A stretch of DNA of 59,644 nt, filler included. It is 6 parts of 6 records of this genome, joined end to end, with 100 filler letters (N's around TTAATTAATTAA, not from the genome) between each part and the next. Parts side by side here need not be neighbours in the genome. Positions count along the whole stretch, not along the records: positions 41,470 to 51,241 come from SRR2962707_2772; positions 51,342 to 59,644 come from SRR2962707_2773; 4 more parts are not named here. The stretch is one strand, 5' to 3'. Position 1 is the stretch's first letter; every line of letters starts with the position of its first letter. The notes under the pieces were generated by a model, which was not told where the DNA came from, did not search any database, and worked only from the letters and a program-made list of their open reading frames with translations. Positions 41,756 to 51,784 of the stretch are shown piece by piece. Made by a program: the position numbers and the translations under genes.

Positions 41756-42742
41756 ATGGGCCGACGCGTCATCCTGTTTCTTATGTGGACATTTTTGAGA
41801 GTACTTCCGGTTGCGCTGATCTGCGCTGTTCTGGCGGCGCCGGGCGCTGTATTGGCGCTTGATTCAGAGGTGCTCAATGCCGTGGTACGCCTCAAGCCCG
41901 ACTGGCCGCTCGCCCAGCGGGGGCGGGATGCCAACGGTGCGCCGCGAGATCCGCAGGGGACCGGCGTGGTTGTCGCGCCAGGCGGCTATATCGCCACGAA
42001 CGTGCATGTGATCGGTGAAGCCGAAAATGTCGATGTGATGCTCGAAGATGGCCGCATACTGGCGGCGGAAATCGTAGGCCGCGATCCGGTGACGGACATA
42101 GCGCTTTTGAGAGTTGATGCCGAACTGCCGGTGCTGGAACGGGCGGATGCACCGCGGCTGGCGGACCCCGTATGCGCCATCGGTAATCAGTTCGGGATCG
42201 GTCTTTCGGTCACCTGCGGCGTGGTTTCGGCCCTGCGGCGGTCCGGCATGGGGTTCAATCCGGTTGAAGACTTCATCCAGACCGATGCGAGCGTGAATCC
42301 CGGCGGGTCCGGCGGTGCTCTCGTTGATCGCGCCGGCAGACTGGTCGGCATGGTCTCGGCGATCTTTACCAAGCAGAGTGATGCGGATATCGGGGTAAAC
42401 TTCGCAACGTCGGTGCCGCTGCTGATGCGGGTGGTGGACGATCTCAGATTGCACGGCCGTGTCGTCAGGGGCATGCCCGGTTTCAAGGCCGGGCCGCTGC
42501 CGCCGGATATGGCGGGGCGGCAAAGCGGCGTAATGATCGAAAAAGTCACTCTGGATGGACCGGCTTTCAAAGCAGGTTTAGGGGCGGGGGACATCCTGAC
42601 CCGCGTCGATGGTGTAAGCGTGACGACACTGTCGGCGCTTGAGGCTCAGCTGTTCATGAAGCGGCCGGGCGAAACGCTCACGGTTTCCTACAATCGTGGA
42701 GAAAAGATGCAAACCGCCGACATCGTCATGGGCGGGCAATAA
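41756..42742 (+). CDS. HtrA/DegS-like trypsin serine protease with one PDZ domain
   Basis: ATNVHV (His), TDIALL (Asp), IQTDASVNPGGSGG (Ser) and PDZ GPAFKAGLGAGDIL. Confidence 0.88.
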   Translation: MGRRVILFLMWTFLRVLPVALICAVLAAPGAVLALDSEVLNAVVRLKPDWPLAQRGRDANGAPRDPQGTGVVVAPGGYIATNVHVIGEAENVDVMLEDGRILAAEIVGRDPVTDIALLRVDAELPVLERADAPRLADPVCAIGNQFGIGLSVTCGVVSALRRSGMGFNPVEDFIQTDASVNPGGSGGALVDRAGRLVGMVSAIFTKQSDADIGVNFATSVPLLMRVVDDLRLHGRVVRGMPGFKAGPLPPDMAGRQSGVMIEKVTLDGPAFKAGLGAGDILTRVDGVSVTTLSALEAQLFMKRPGETLTVSYNRGEKMQTADIVMGGQ

Positions 42743-43461
42743 TGCGCATTCTGACCCACGCCGATGTGGTGCCGCTTTCACAGTTGCCGAAGCCGGAGCT
42801 CTTGGAAATGCGGGCAGCGGGCCACTGTGTTCTGGATTGTGAACGGGTGCTGAGCGACAGCGGGGCGAATGTCGTCACTGAAATGCTGAAGGAGAACGGT
42901 GAATTCTATCAGTGGGACCATTATCCGGAAGGGGATGTCTACTGCACCGACAGCCATGCGCAGTACTACTATCATGCCCATCCCCCGGAAGTGCGGGACA
43001 ACACCTGGGGCGATGAACATGGACACTTCCATACATTTCTCAGGCCCCCGGGGTTCCCGCTTGATCTGTCGCATCATGCGATCGCGACGGAAAAACCGGC
43101 GCATCTGGTGGCTGTTTCAATGAGCTTTGACGGCCGTGCCGGCAGATTGTTCACCACCAACCAATGGGTAACGGGCGAGGCGTGGTTCGATGCAGGCACC
43201 GTGAACCGTCTGCTGGATCATTTCCATATCGGACACGAAACCCCATCCCGGCTTGCCAACGTCTGGCTGAACAATCTTCTGATCCTGTTCCGCCCGACCA
43301 TTCGTGCCCTGCTGCACGCCCGTGATGAAGTTCTGGCCATGCACGCACCGGCCGGCTTGGACGTTCACGTTTTCGAGGATCGCACGCTGGAAGTGACGTC
43401 GATCATCGATATCGATGTTTCAAAGCAGCTTGCCGCGATCGAAGACGCGCTCCTGGGCTGA
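42742..43461 (+). CDS. His-rich conserved hypothetical protein (DUF6969-like)
   Basis: WDHYP, QYYYHAH, EHGHFHTF and LFTTNQWVTGE. Confidence 0.7.
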   Translation: MRILTHADVVPLSQLPKPELLEMRAAGHCVLDCERVLSDSGANVVTEMLKENGEFYQWDHYPEGDVYCTDSHAQYYYHAHPPEVRDNTWGDEHGHFHTFLRPPGFPLDLSHHAIATEKPAHLVAVSMSFDGRAGRLFTTNQWVTGEAWFDAGTVNRLLDHFHIGHETPSRLANVWLNNLLILFRPTIRALLHARDEVLAMHAPAGLDVHVFEDRTLEVTSIIDIDVSKQLAAIEDALLG

Positions 43462-43482
43462 TTGGGCGCGTCAAAATAATGC

Positions 43483-44691
43483 TCAGGAAACGGCGACGGC
43501 GCCCTCGCCGATAAACGTCTGGATTTCGTCCGTATCGAAACCGTATTCCTTGAGGACGTCTTCCGTGTGCTGGCCGAACAGAGGGGCGCCCGTGGCAACC
43601 TTGCCCGGTGTCGCCGAGAGCTTGATCGGCAGGCCCAACGTGCGCACAGGACCGAGCTTGGCATGCTCGACAGTCGGGATCATGTCGCGGGCCTGGGCGT
43701 GGGGGTCTTCGAACATCTCGCAGACATCCATGACCGGCCCGGCGGGCACACCGGCTTTTTCGAGCCGGTCCAGCCAGTCGTCCTTGGTCCGTGTCTTGAA
43801 GACCGGGGTCAGAACGTCTTCAAGCGCCTTGAGATTGGCCATGCGGTCGATGTTGGTCCCGAAGCGGGGATCGTCGTTGAATTCAGGGGATTCCATGGCG
43901 TCCAGCAGGCGTTCCCAGTTGCGCTGGTTGGCGGCGCCGATGGTGATCCAGCCGTCCTTTGTTTCGAACGCCTGATACGGACCGTTGAGCGGATGTGCCG
44001 AACCCATCGGTCCCGGCGCAATCCCGGTGGCCAGTGCAATGGCGCTCTGCCAGTAGGTGTGCACGATCCCGGCTTCAAAAAGCGACGTGTCGACGATCTG
44101 ACCTTCACCGGTTTTGAGCTTGTGGACATAGGCGGAAACCACACCGAGCGCGGCCAGGATTCCGGCCGTGATATCGGTGACCGGCGCGCCGACCTTGCAG
44201 GGCGGACGCCCGGGGCCTTCACCGGTGAACGACATCAGACCGCTCATGCCCTGGGCGATCAGATCGAAACCGCCGCGTTCGGCATAAGGGCCGGTGCGGC
44301 CGAAGCCGGAAATCGCGCAATAGATCAGACCCGGATTGACCTTCTTCAGGTCTTCGTACCCGACGCCGAGTTTCTGCATGGTATCGTGACGGTAATTTTC
44401 GGTCACCACATCAGCATCTTCGAGAAGCTTGCGGAGCACCTTTTTGCCGTTGTCGGTCTTGAGGTCGAGGGCGATGCCGCGCTTGTTGCGGTTCATCATC
44501 AGATACGCCGCCGACTCACCGTCCATGTCCGGCGGCAGAAAGCGCCTTGAATCATCACCACCTGGAATTTTTTCGACCTTGATCACATCGGCGCCGAGGT
44601 CGGCCAGCATCAATCCGCACACCGGACCGGCCATGATATGCGCCAGTTCGACAACCTTCATCCCGGCCAGCGGGCCGAACGGTTTCGTCAT
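43483..44691 (-). CDS. Class III CoA-transferase (CaiB/BaiF)
   Basis: LADLGADVIKVE, NRNKR, ENYR and GFDLIAQGMSGLM. Confidence 0.92.
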   Translation of the reverse strand: MTKPFGPLAGMKVVELAHIMAGPVCGLMLADLGADVIKVEKIPGGDDSRRFLPPDMDGESAAYLMMNRNKRGIALDLKTDNGKKVLRKLLEDADVVTENYRHDTMQKLGVGYEDLKKVNPGLIYCAISGFGRTGPYAERGGFDLIAQGMSGLMSFTGEGPGRPPCKVGAPVTDITAGILAALGVVSAYVHKLKTGEGQIVDTSLFEAGIVHTYWQSAIALATGIAPGPMGSAHPLNGPYQAFETKDGWITIGAANQRNWERLLDAMESPEFNDDPRFGTNIDRMANLKALEDVLTPVFKTRTKDDWLDRLEKAGVPAGPVMDVCEMFEDPHAQARDMIPTVEHAKLGPVRTLGLPIKLSATPGKVATGAPLFGQHTEDVLKEYGFDTDEIQTFIGEGAVAVS

Positions 44692-44723
44692 GGAATGTTC
44701 CTTCTCAATGCAGCACGTTGTTG

Positions 44724-45509
44724 TCAGCGCCCTTTGAAGACAGGCACCTTTTTCTCAAGAAATGCTTTGTAGCCGGTTTGAAAATCCTCGGTATCGTAAC
44801 AGGCAAACCCCTCGGCGATTTCATCGTCACTCAGGGGGGTGGGGTCTTCAAGGCGTTTCAGGAATTTCCGGTGCCAGCGATGCACCAGCGGTGCCCCGGC
44901 TGAGATCCGCTCCGCCGTGGCGCGGGCTTCGTCCATGACGCCGTCATCGCTGACGACACGCGAAACCACGCCGAGGCGCAGGGCTTCTGAAGCATCGAAG
45001 ATGCGGCCTTCGAGCAGAATTTCCAGGGCCGGACCGGCGCCGACCAGCGATTTCAGAGCACCGATTTCATGATAGCCCATGACCAGTCCGAGTTTTGAGA
45101 TCGGGACGCCGAAGCGGCTCGACTCCCCGCAGATGCGGACATCGCAAAGCCCGGCTATTTCCATGCCGCCGCCGACACAGATGCCGCGGATCGCGGCAAC
45201 GGTCGGGTGCGGACAGGCCCGCATGGCATCGATGTTTCGGGCCATCAACTCACCATAAGCTGCCGCCTGTTCGGAGTTGGACCGGTCCGTTTCAAACTCG
45301 GAAATGTCATTGCCGGGACTGAATGCCTTGCCCCCGGCGCCGCTCATGATGATGCAGCGGACACTGTCGTCGGCGGAGAGATCGGTGAAAATCTCACCGA
45401 GCGTGCCCCACATGGTTTTGGTCAGCGCATTCAGTTTTGCCGGCCGGTTGAGCGTGACGGTGACGATATCTTTGTCGTCACGCGTAACAAGTATGTCCTC
45501 GCTGCCCAT
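44724..45509 (-). CDS. Enoyl-CoA hydratase/isomerase family
   Basis: LNRPAKLNAL, AFSPGNDI, CVGGGMEIA and FKGR end. Confidence 0.9.
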   Translation of the reverse strand: MGSEDILVTRDDKDIVTVTLNRPAKLNALTKTMWGTLGEIFTDLSADDSVRCIIMSGAGGKAFSPGNDISEFETDRSNSEQAAAYGELMARNIDAMRACPHPTVAAIRGICVGGGMEIAGLCDVRICGESSRFGVPISKLGLVMGYHEIGALKSLVGAGPALEILLEGRIFDASEALRLGVVSRVVSDDGVMDEARATAERISAGAPLVHRWHRKFLKRLEDPTPLSDDEIAEGFACYDTEDFQTGYKAFLEKKVPVFKGR

Positions 45510-45512
45510 GAC

Positions 45513-46688
45513 TCAGTCCGCGGTTTCGGCAAGGAAGTCCATGGCGGCCTGGCAGCCGCCCTTGGTGATCGGCACACCGGCCAGCGCGAGACCCATCTCG
45601 ACACCGCTTAGTGTCCCCATCAGGGTCAGGTCGTTGAAGTGGCCGAGGTGACCGATGCGGAACACCTTGCCCTTCACCTTGCCCAGCCCGGTGCCCAGCG
45701 ACATGTCGAACTTGTCGAGGATCAACGCCCGCACCGCGTCCGCGTCGTGGCCGTCCGGCAGCAGAACGCCGGTCAACACGGGGGAGTGTTCTTCCTCGAC
45801 CTGACAAAGCGTTTCCAGACCCCAGTGCTCGACGGCGATACGGCAGGCCTTGGCGTGACGCTTGTGGCGGGTGAAGACGTTCTCCAAGCCTTCCTCGTCG
45901 AGCAGCATTTTCAGCGCTTCCTCGAGGCCGTACAGAATGTTGGTGGCCGGTGTATACGGGAAGAAGCCGCTGGCGTTGTTGCCGAGCATCGGGCCCCAGT
46001 CCCAGTAGGATTTGGAGAAGCCGCTTTTGTCGTGGGCATCGAGTGCTTTTTGCGAGACGCAGTTGAAGCTGATGCCGGGCGGCAGCATCAGGCCTTTCTG
46101 CGAGCCGGAGATCGTCACATCGACGCCCCATTCGTCATGGCGGTAGTCGGCGGAGGCGAGACCGGAAATGGTGTCGACCAGGAACAGGGCCGGGTGGCCG
46201 GTGGAATCGATGGCCTTGCGGACCTCACCGATACGCGACGTGACGCCGGTCGAGGTTTCGTTGTGCACGCAGCAGACGGCCTTGATTTCATGTGCCGTAT
46301 CTTCACGCAGCCGCGCCGCGACCTTTTCCGGATCGACGCCGTGGCGCCAGTCCCCGGCAATGAATTCCGGCTGCAAGCCGATCCGCGTCGCCAGTTCGTG
46401 CCACAGGGTGGCGAACTGGCCTGTTTCATACATCAGCACCTTGTCGCCGGGGCTGAGGGTGTTGACGAGGGCCGCTTCCCACGCCCCGGTGCCGGATGCC
46501 GGGAATACGATGACGGGTCGCTCTGTCTTGAAGACGCCCTTGAGCTTTTCAAGGACGCGCGCGCCCATTTCGCCGAACTCAGGTCCCCGGTGATCGATCA
46601 CCGGCATGTCCATGGCCCGCAGGATGCGGTCCGGGACCGGGCTTGGGCCCGGAATCTGCAGGAAATGTCGACCGCTTTTGTATGCCAT
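45513..46688 (-). CDS. Class V aminotransferase (serine--glyoxylate aminotransferase-like)
   Basis: GRHFLQIPGP, SGTGAWE, HNETSTG, GSQKG and FRIGHLG. Confidence 0.9.
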   Translation of the reverse strand: MAYKSGRHFLQIPGPSPVPDRILRAMDMPVIDHRGPEFGEMGARVLEKLKGVFKTERPVIVFPASGTGAWEAALVNTLSPGDKVLMYETGQFATLWHELATRIGLQPEFIAGDWRHGVDPEKVAARLREDTAHEIKAVCCVHNETSTGVTSRIGEVRKAIDSTGHPALFLVDTISGLASADYRHDEWGVDVTISGSQKGLMLPPGISFNCVSQKALDAHDKSGFSKSYWDWGPMLGNNASGFFPYTPATNILYGLEEALKMLLDEEGLENVFTRHKRHAKACRIAVEHWGLETLCQVEEEHSPVLTGVLLPDGHDADAVRALILDKFDMSLGTGLGKVKGKVFRIGHLGHFNDLTLMGTLSGVEMGLALAGVPITKGGCQAAMDFLAETAD

Positions 46689-46731
46689 GATGATCCTCCG
46701 TGGACGGCAGTTTTATGCTTGAGTCACATAA

Positions 46732-46806
46732 TGAATACAATTTTATCGGACATCAACCCCTAATTTCCGGGGAAATATGTTTGCTATTGATTTTTGAATA
46801 CAATTT
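46732..46806. promoter_or_regulatory. Two putative GntR/FadR operators in the divergent promoter
   Basis: TGAATACAATTT at 46732-46743 and 46795-46806. Confidence 0.5.
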
Positions 46807-46838
46807 AGTAGCATGACAGGGTCAACAAGGAGACATCA

Positions 46839-49838
46839 ATGCCCCGCCAGGACTATGCCATGCGCGCCACCGGTCGGATCGGCGACGAAAAACTAGCTCA
46901 ACGGATCGGTAAAGCCATCAACGGCAAGGTCATGTTCGACCCCTTTTCGCGTGGCCGCTATGCGACGGACGCGTCCCATTATCAGGTTGAACCGGTCGGC
47001 GTGGTGGTGCCGGAAACGGCGGACGACGTCCGAGCCGTCATTGATATCGCACGCGACGAGGGGATGCCGGTGCTGCCCCGCGGCGGCGGCACGTCCCAGT
47101 GCGGGCAGACGGTCGGCGAAGCCATCGTTCTCGACACCTCGAAGCATATGAACCGGGTTCTCGAATTCGATGCCGCGTCACGCACGGCGCGGGTTGAACC
47201 GGGTATCGTGCTGGACCGGCTGAATGCGTTTCTGAAGCCGCACGGCCTGTGGTTCCCGGTCGATGTCTCGACATCAAGCCGCGCCACCATCGGCGGCATG
47301 ACCGGTAACAATTCCTGCGGTTCGCGTTCGATCCGTTACGGCACCATGCGCGATAACGTCCGCGCCATCGATGCCGTGCTGGCGGACGGCTCGGACATGC
47401 ATTTCGGGGAAGTCTCTGATAACCGGACCATGGCCCATCTCTCCGATCATCAGCGCGACCTGGTCGCCGGGCTGCTCAACCTCGGGCGGGATCATGAAGC
47501 CCTGATCAAGGAAAGGTTCCCCGATCTCATGCGCCGTGTCGGCGGCTATAATATCGACGCGCTGATGCCCGCCGGGCCGTCCCGGGGCGGCTGGGACAAT
47601 CAGACGGTCCACAAGACGCCGACCCATCCGAACCTCGCGCACCTGCTGATCGGCTCCGAAGGGACGCTGGCATTCTCGACGTCCGTGGATATCGATCTGC
47701 AGCCGCTGCCGACCCAGAAGGTGCTGGGCGTCTGCCATTTCCCGAAATTCTACGACGCCATGAGTGCGCCGCAACATCTGGTCAAGCTCGGCCCCGTTGC
47801 GGTGGAACTGGTCGACCGCACGATGATTGAGCTGAGCCGTGCGATCCCGATGTTCACCGACACCGTCAACCGCTTCATCAAGGGCGAGCCGGACGCGGTG
47901 CTTCTGGTTGAATTCGCCGAGCCGGACCAGCAGGAAAACCTGAGACGGCTGAAGCAGCTTGGCGAAATGATGGCCGACCTCGGATTCCCCGATGCCGTCG
48001 TCGAAGCCGTGGACCCTGAATTCCAGAAGGCGGTGTGGGAAGTTCGCAAGTCCGGACTCAACATCATGATGTCGATGAAGGGGGACGGAAAGCCGATCTC
48101 GTTCGTCGAAGACTGCGCGGTACGACTGGAAGATCTCGCCGAATACACAGACCGCCTGACCCAGGTGTTTCACAAGTACGATACCGAAGGTACGTGGTAT
48201 GCACATGCCTCCGTCGGCACTCTGCATGTGCGCCCGGTCGTGAATCTGAAACAGGAACTGGGTGCGAAACAGATGCGCGCCATCGCCGAAGAAGCATTCG
48301 AGATGGTGCGGGAATACAAGGGTTCGCATTCGGGCGAACACGGCGACGGCCTGGTGCGTTCCGAATTCCATGAAGCGATGTTTGGTCCGGAAATGGTCCA
48401 GGCGTTCCGGAACGTGAAGCAGGCCTTCGATGCGGACGGTCTTTTCAACCCGGGCAAAATCGTCGATCCGCCGAAAATGGATGATCGCAATCTGTTCCGG
48501 TTCAAACCGGGCTATCAGCCGATCGCGATCGACACCGTCATGGACTGGTCCGACTGGGGCGGGTTCTCGGGTGCGGTCGAAATGTGCAACAACAACGGGG
48601 CCTGCCGGAAATCCGATCCGGGGGTGATGTGCCCGTCGTTCCGGGTGACCGGTGATGAACAGCACCTGACACGGGGCCGGGCGAACACGCTCCGGCTGGC
48701 CATATCCGGTCAGCTGGGGGCGGATGCCTTTGTCTCCGATTCCATGAAGGACACCATGCAGCTTTGCGTCGGCTGCAAGGGCTGCAAACGGGAATGCCCG
48801 ACCGGCGTCGACATGGCGAAGATGAAAACGGAATTCCTGTATCACTACAACAAACGCCACGGTGTTTCCCTGAAGGACAAGTTGATTGCCTATCTGCCGC
48901 GCTATGCGCCGATGGCATCACGCATCGCGGGCATTCTGAACCTGCGCGACAAGGTGCCGGGGCTTGCCGGGCTGTCCGAGTGGATGCTCGGCTTTTCCGC
49001 CAAACGCACGTTGCCGCAATGGCGCCCCGATATTTTCGTTGCCGACGCCAGCGGTGTGCATCCGGACTCGTGCCCGGTCGGACAGGCGGTGGTGCTGTTT
49101 GCCGATACGTTCTCCACCTATTTCGAGCCGGAAAACCTGCACGCCGCGAAACGGGTGCTGGATGCGGCAGGCTACCGCGTCGCCATTGCCCGCCCGCCGA
49201 AGGGTGAACGGCCGCTGTGTTGCGGGCGCACGTTCCTGGCGGCGGGTCTGGTTGACGAAGCGAAAGCCGAAGCCCGGCGCATGGCCGATGCGGTGCTGCC
49301 GTTCGTGCGCTCGGGCGTGCCGGTCATCGGTCTGGAACCGTCGTGCCTGTTTACGCTGAAGGATGAATTCGCCTCGCTGTTGCCGATGGATGAGGCCCAG
49401 GATATCGCCGCCAAGGCGATGCTGTTCGAAGAATTCATTGCCGCCGAGATCGATGCCGGGACGTTCCGCCTCGACCTCAAACCGCTCTCGCAAAGCAAGG
49501 CGCTGTTGCATGGGCATTGCCACCAGAAAGCCTTCGCGGCCATGGGGGCGGTTGAAAAGACGCTCCGCTTCGTCCCGGGGCTTTCGGTCGAAACGATTGA
49601 AAGCAGCTGTTGCGGGATGGCGGGCGCGTTCGGATATGAAGCGGACAATTACGAAACCTCGATCAAGATGGCCGAGCTGAGCCTGCTGCCGAAAGTCCGC
49701 GCCGCGGACACGGACACCCTGATCGTTGCCGACGGGACAAGCTGCCGTCATCAGATCGCCGATGGTGCGGCCCGCGATGCCGTCCATGTGGCACGGGTGC
49801 TGGATATGGCGCTCGGGAACGAGGCGCACGTGGCATGA
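46839..49838 (+). CDS. FAD-linked oxidase / 4Fe-4S / CCG-domain fusion (GlcD-GlcF/YdiJ-like)
   Basis: PRGGGTSQCGQ, GSEGTL, SGEHGDG, CNNNGAC, CVGCKGCKRECP, CCG and HGHCHQ. Confidence 0.9.
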   Translation: MPRQDYAMRATGRIGDEKLAQRIGKAINGKVMFDPFSRGRYATDASHYQVEPVGVVVPETADDVRAVIDIARDEGMPVLPRGGGTSQCGQTVGEAIVLDTSKHMNRVLEFDAASRTARVEPGIVLDRLNAFLKPHGLWFPVDVSTSSRATIGGMTGNNSCGSRSIRYGTMRDNVRAIDAVLADGSDMHFGEVSDNRTMAHLSDHQRDLVAGLLNLGRDHEALIKERFPDLMRRVGGYNIDALMPAGPSRGGWDNQTVHKTPTHPNLAHLLIGSEGTLAFSTSVDIDLQPLPTQKVLGVCHFPKFYDAMSAPQHLVKLGPVAVELVDRTMIELSRAIPMFTDTVNRFIKGEPDAVLLVEFAEPDQQENLRRLKQLGEMMADLGFPDAVVEAVDPEFQKAVWEVRKSGLNIMMSMKGDGKPISFVEDCAVRLEDLAEYTDRLTQVFHKYDTEGTWYAHASVGTLHVRPVVNLKQELGAKQMRAIAEEAFEMVREYKGSHSGEHGDGLVRSEFHEAMFGPEMVQAFRNVKQAFDADGLFNPGKIVDPPKMDDRNLFRFKPGYQPIAIDTVMDWSDWGGFSGAVEMCNNNGACRKSDPGVMCPSFRVTGDEQHLTRGRANTLRLAISGQLGADAFVSDSMKDTMQLCVGCKGCKRECPTGVDMAKMKTEFLYHYNKRHGVSLKDKLIAYLPRYAPMASRIAGILNLRDKVPGLAGLSEWMLGFSAKRTLPQWRPDIFVADASGVHPDSCPVGQAVVLFADTFSTYFEPENLHAAKRVLDAAGYRVAIARPPKGERPLCCGRTFLAAGLVDEAKAEARRMADAVLPFVRSGVPVIGLEPSCLFTLKDEFASLLPMDEAQDIAAKAMLFEEFIAAEIDAGTFRLDLKPLSQSKALLHGHCHQKAFAAMGAVEKTLRFVPGLSVETIESSCCGMAGAFGYEADNYETSIKMAELSLLPKVRAADTDTLIVADGTSCRHQIADGAARDAVHVARVLDMALGNEAHVA

Positions 49839-50536
49839 ACCAGATGACCGAGCCCATGACCCGCACAACGCTGCATGACGAGCTGGTGCAGCGCTTGCGG
49901 GATATGATTTTTTCCGGCGAGCTCAGGGGCGGTGACCGGGTCCCGGAACAGCGGCTGTGCGACATGCTGGGTATTTCCAGAACGCCGCTCCGCGAAGCGC
50001 TCAAGGTGCTCGGCAACGAGGGGCTTCTGGAACTGCTGCCGAACCGGGGGGCGCGGGTGGCGACCCTCAGCGAAGACGATATCGATGAGATATTTCCGGT
50101 GATGGGGGCGCTCGAATCCCTGTCCGGTGCCCTGGCCTGTGAACGGCTCAGCGAGGACGAGTTCGCCGAAATCCGCGCCCTGCATTACCAGATGGCGCTG
50201 CATCATACGCGCCGCGAACTGGCGCCGTATTTCCAGCTCAACCAGAAAATCCACGAAGCGATCCTGAAAGCCGCCAAGAACCCGACACTGGAAGCCCAGT
50301 ATAACGCGCTGGCCGGGCGTATTCGCCTGGCCCGGTTCCGCTCCAACATGTCGAAAGACCGCTGGGATCAGGCGATGCGTGAGCACGAGGAAATTCTCGC
50401 GGCGCTGGAAGCGCGTGACGGCAAACTGCTGTCTGAAATTCTTGGACAGCATCTGGAGAACAAGCGCGAAACCGTCAAGCAGGCGATCCGCGAAGGCACG
50501 GGCGAGGCTCACGGCCCCGGCATCGCCTACGACTGA
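49835..50536 (+). CDS. GntR/FadR-family regulator (FCD domain)
   Basis: GISRTPLREAL winged HTH, and NQKIH / EHEEI / HL FCD motifs. Confidence 0.92.
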   Translation: MNQMTEPMTRTTLHDELVQRLRDMIFSGELRGGDRVPEQRLCDMLGISRTPLREALKVLGNEGLLELLPNRGARVATLSEDDIDEIFPVMGALESLSGALACERLSEDEFAEIRALHYQMALHHTRRELAPYFQLNQKIHEAILKAAKNPTLEAQYNALAGRIRLARFRSNMSKDRWDQAMREHEEILAALEARDGKLLSEILGQHLENKRETVKQAIREGTGEAHGPGIAYD

Positions 50537-50820
50537 GTAAAAAATCACGTTAACCCTGTTATCGTGACCGGCGTCACTGACCGACACATATCTGTTGGCT
50601 AGGTTTGGGCCTCAATCAGACGTTCAGGTTCACGCCCATGTTTGCACACATCGAATTCAGACATACCCATCAGACGGTTCAGTTCTTCCGTGGTGTTGTG
50701 CGACTTCTCGGTTTCCGCCGGCATCGCCGTCCGGTGGTTTTCCGCACGCCGCCGTCCGCCCGCTGAACTCACGCACGGCTCTCTATTTAGTGAATGGCCT
50801 CGTGGCCACTTGCGGGTAAT

Positions 50821-51241
50821 ATGCCCGCCATGTGGCAAAAACTTTCTGACTTCATTTTCAGCGAACCCGTCCGACAGGAATTGCCGGCGCGGGTCAAACA
50901 GCAGATTCAGGAACGCGAATGCGTCAGTGAACGGCTGATTTCATGGGTCCAGTTCATTTTGATCCTGCTGTTCGGCGGCCTTTGGCTGGTCTCGCAGCAG
51001 GTCAACATGTCGGATACCCGCTTCGAGGTGGTGCCGATGGCCCTGGCGGCGTACTTCGTGTTCACCGTGACGCGGCTCGTGCTGTCCTACCGCATCCAGT
51101 TGCCGCACTGGTTGCTGATTCTGTCGGTGCTGTTGGATGTGGCGCTTCTGATGCTGCTGATCTGGAGCTTCCATATCCAGTATGAACAGCCGCCCAGTTT
51201 CTATCTCAAGTCGCCGACGATCATGTACGTCTTCATCTTCA
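50821..51241 (+). CDS. Membrane protein N-terminus, probably adenylate/guanylate cyclase (truncated)
   Basis: TM helices and WSFHIQYEQPPSFYLKSPT, resembling alphaproteobacterial membrane cyclases. The catalytic domain is not visible. Confidence 0.55.
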
Positions 51242-51341
51242 NNNNNNNNNNNNNNNNNNNNNNNNNNNNNNNNNNNNNNNNNNNNTTAATTAATTAANNN
51301 NNNNNNNNNNNNNNNNNNNNNNNNNNNNNNNNNNNNNNNNN
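51242..51341. other. Artificial contig spacer
   Basis: N-run + TTAATTAATTAA + N-run. Confidence 0.97.
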
Positions 51342-51384
51342 ATGGCGTAGCCAGACGGGTGAGGGGGCCTTCCTGTTCAGCCCC

Positions 51385-51783
51385 TCACGCCGCCGCGCAA
51401 ACCCTGCACTCCCCGCGAATCTCCATCGTCGTGCGCTTGACCACGAACCCCTCGCGGTCGGCCCAGCCGTTCAGCCGCTCCCGCACCACATCGTCGGAAA
51501 ACTCACTGACCTGCCCGCATTTCTCGCAGATCGCAAAGGCGATCAGCCCTGAGTCATGGCAGTGCGGCTGCGCGCAGGCGACAAACGCGTTCATCGATTC
51601 CAGCCGATGCGCCAGCCCCATGTCGAGCAGTTTCTCGAGCGCCCGATAGACCTGCAGCGGCGCCCGCAAGCCATCATCGCGCAACTGGTCGAGGATCGCA
51701 TAGGCGCTCATCGGCGCGTCGGCCTTTTCCAGCCGGTCGAGCACCAGTGACTGGTTGCGGGTGAGATCGGAATGCGCGCTCAT
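51385..51783 (-). CDS. zur: Zinc uptake regulator (Fur family)
   Basis: LTRNQ, VYRALEKL, HRLESMNAFVAC and two CxxC motifs. Lies downstream of znuB. Confidence 0.9.
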   Translation of the reverse strand: MSAHSDLTRNQSLVLDRLEKADAPMSAYAILDQLRDDGLRAPLQVYRALEKLLDMGLAHRLESMNAFVACAQPHCHDSGLIAFAICEKCGQVSEFSDDVVRERLNGWADREGFVVKRTTMEIRGECRVCAAA

Positions 51784-51784
51784 T

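Noticed and set aside
47274..48860. Long antisense ORFs (528 aa here; also 1605-2828, 53466-54629, 55795-56859)
   Set aside because: They are shadow frames of high-GC genes with no recognisable motifs
5189..51341. Recurring TTAATTAATTAA motif as a biological repeat or CRISPR-like array
   Set aside because: It is always centred in N-runs of fixed total length, so it is a synthetic all-frame-stop linker
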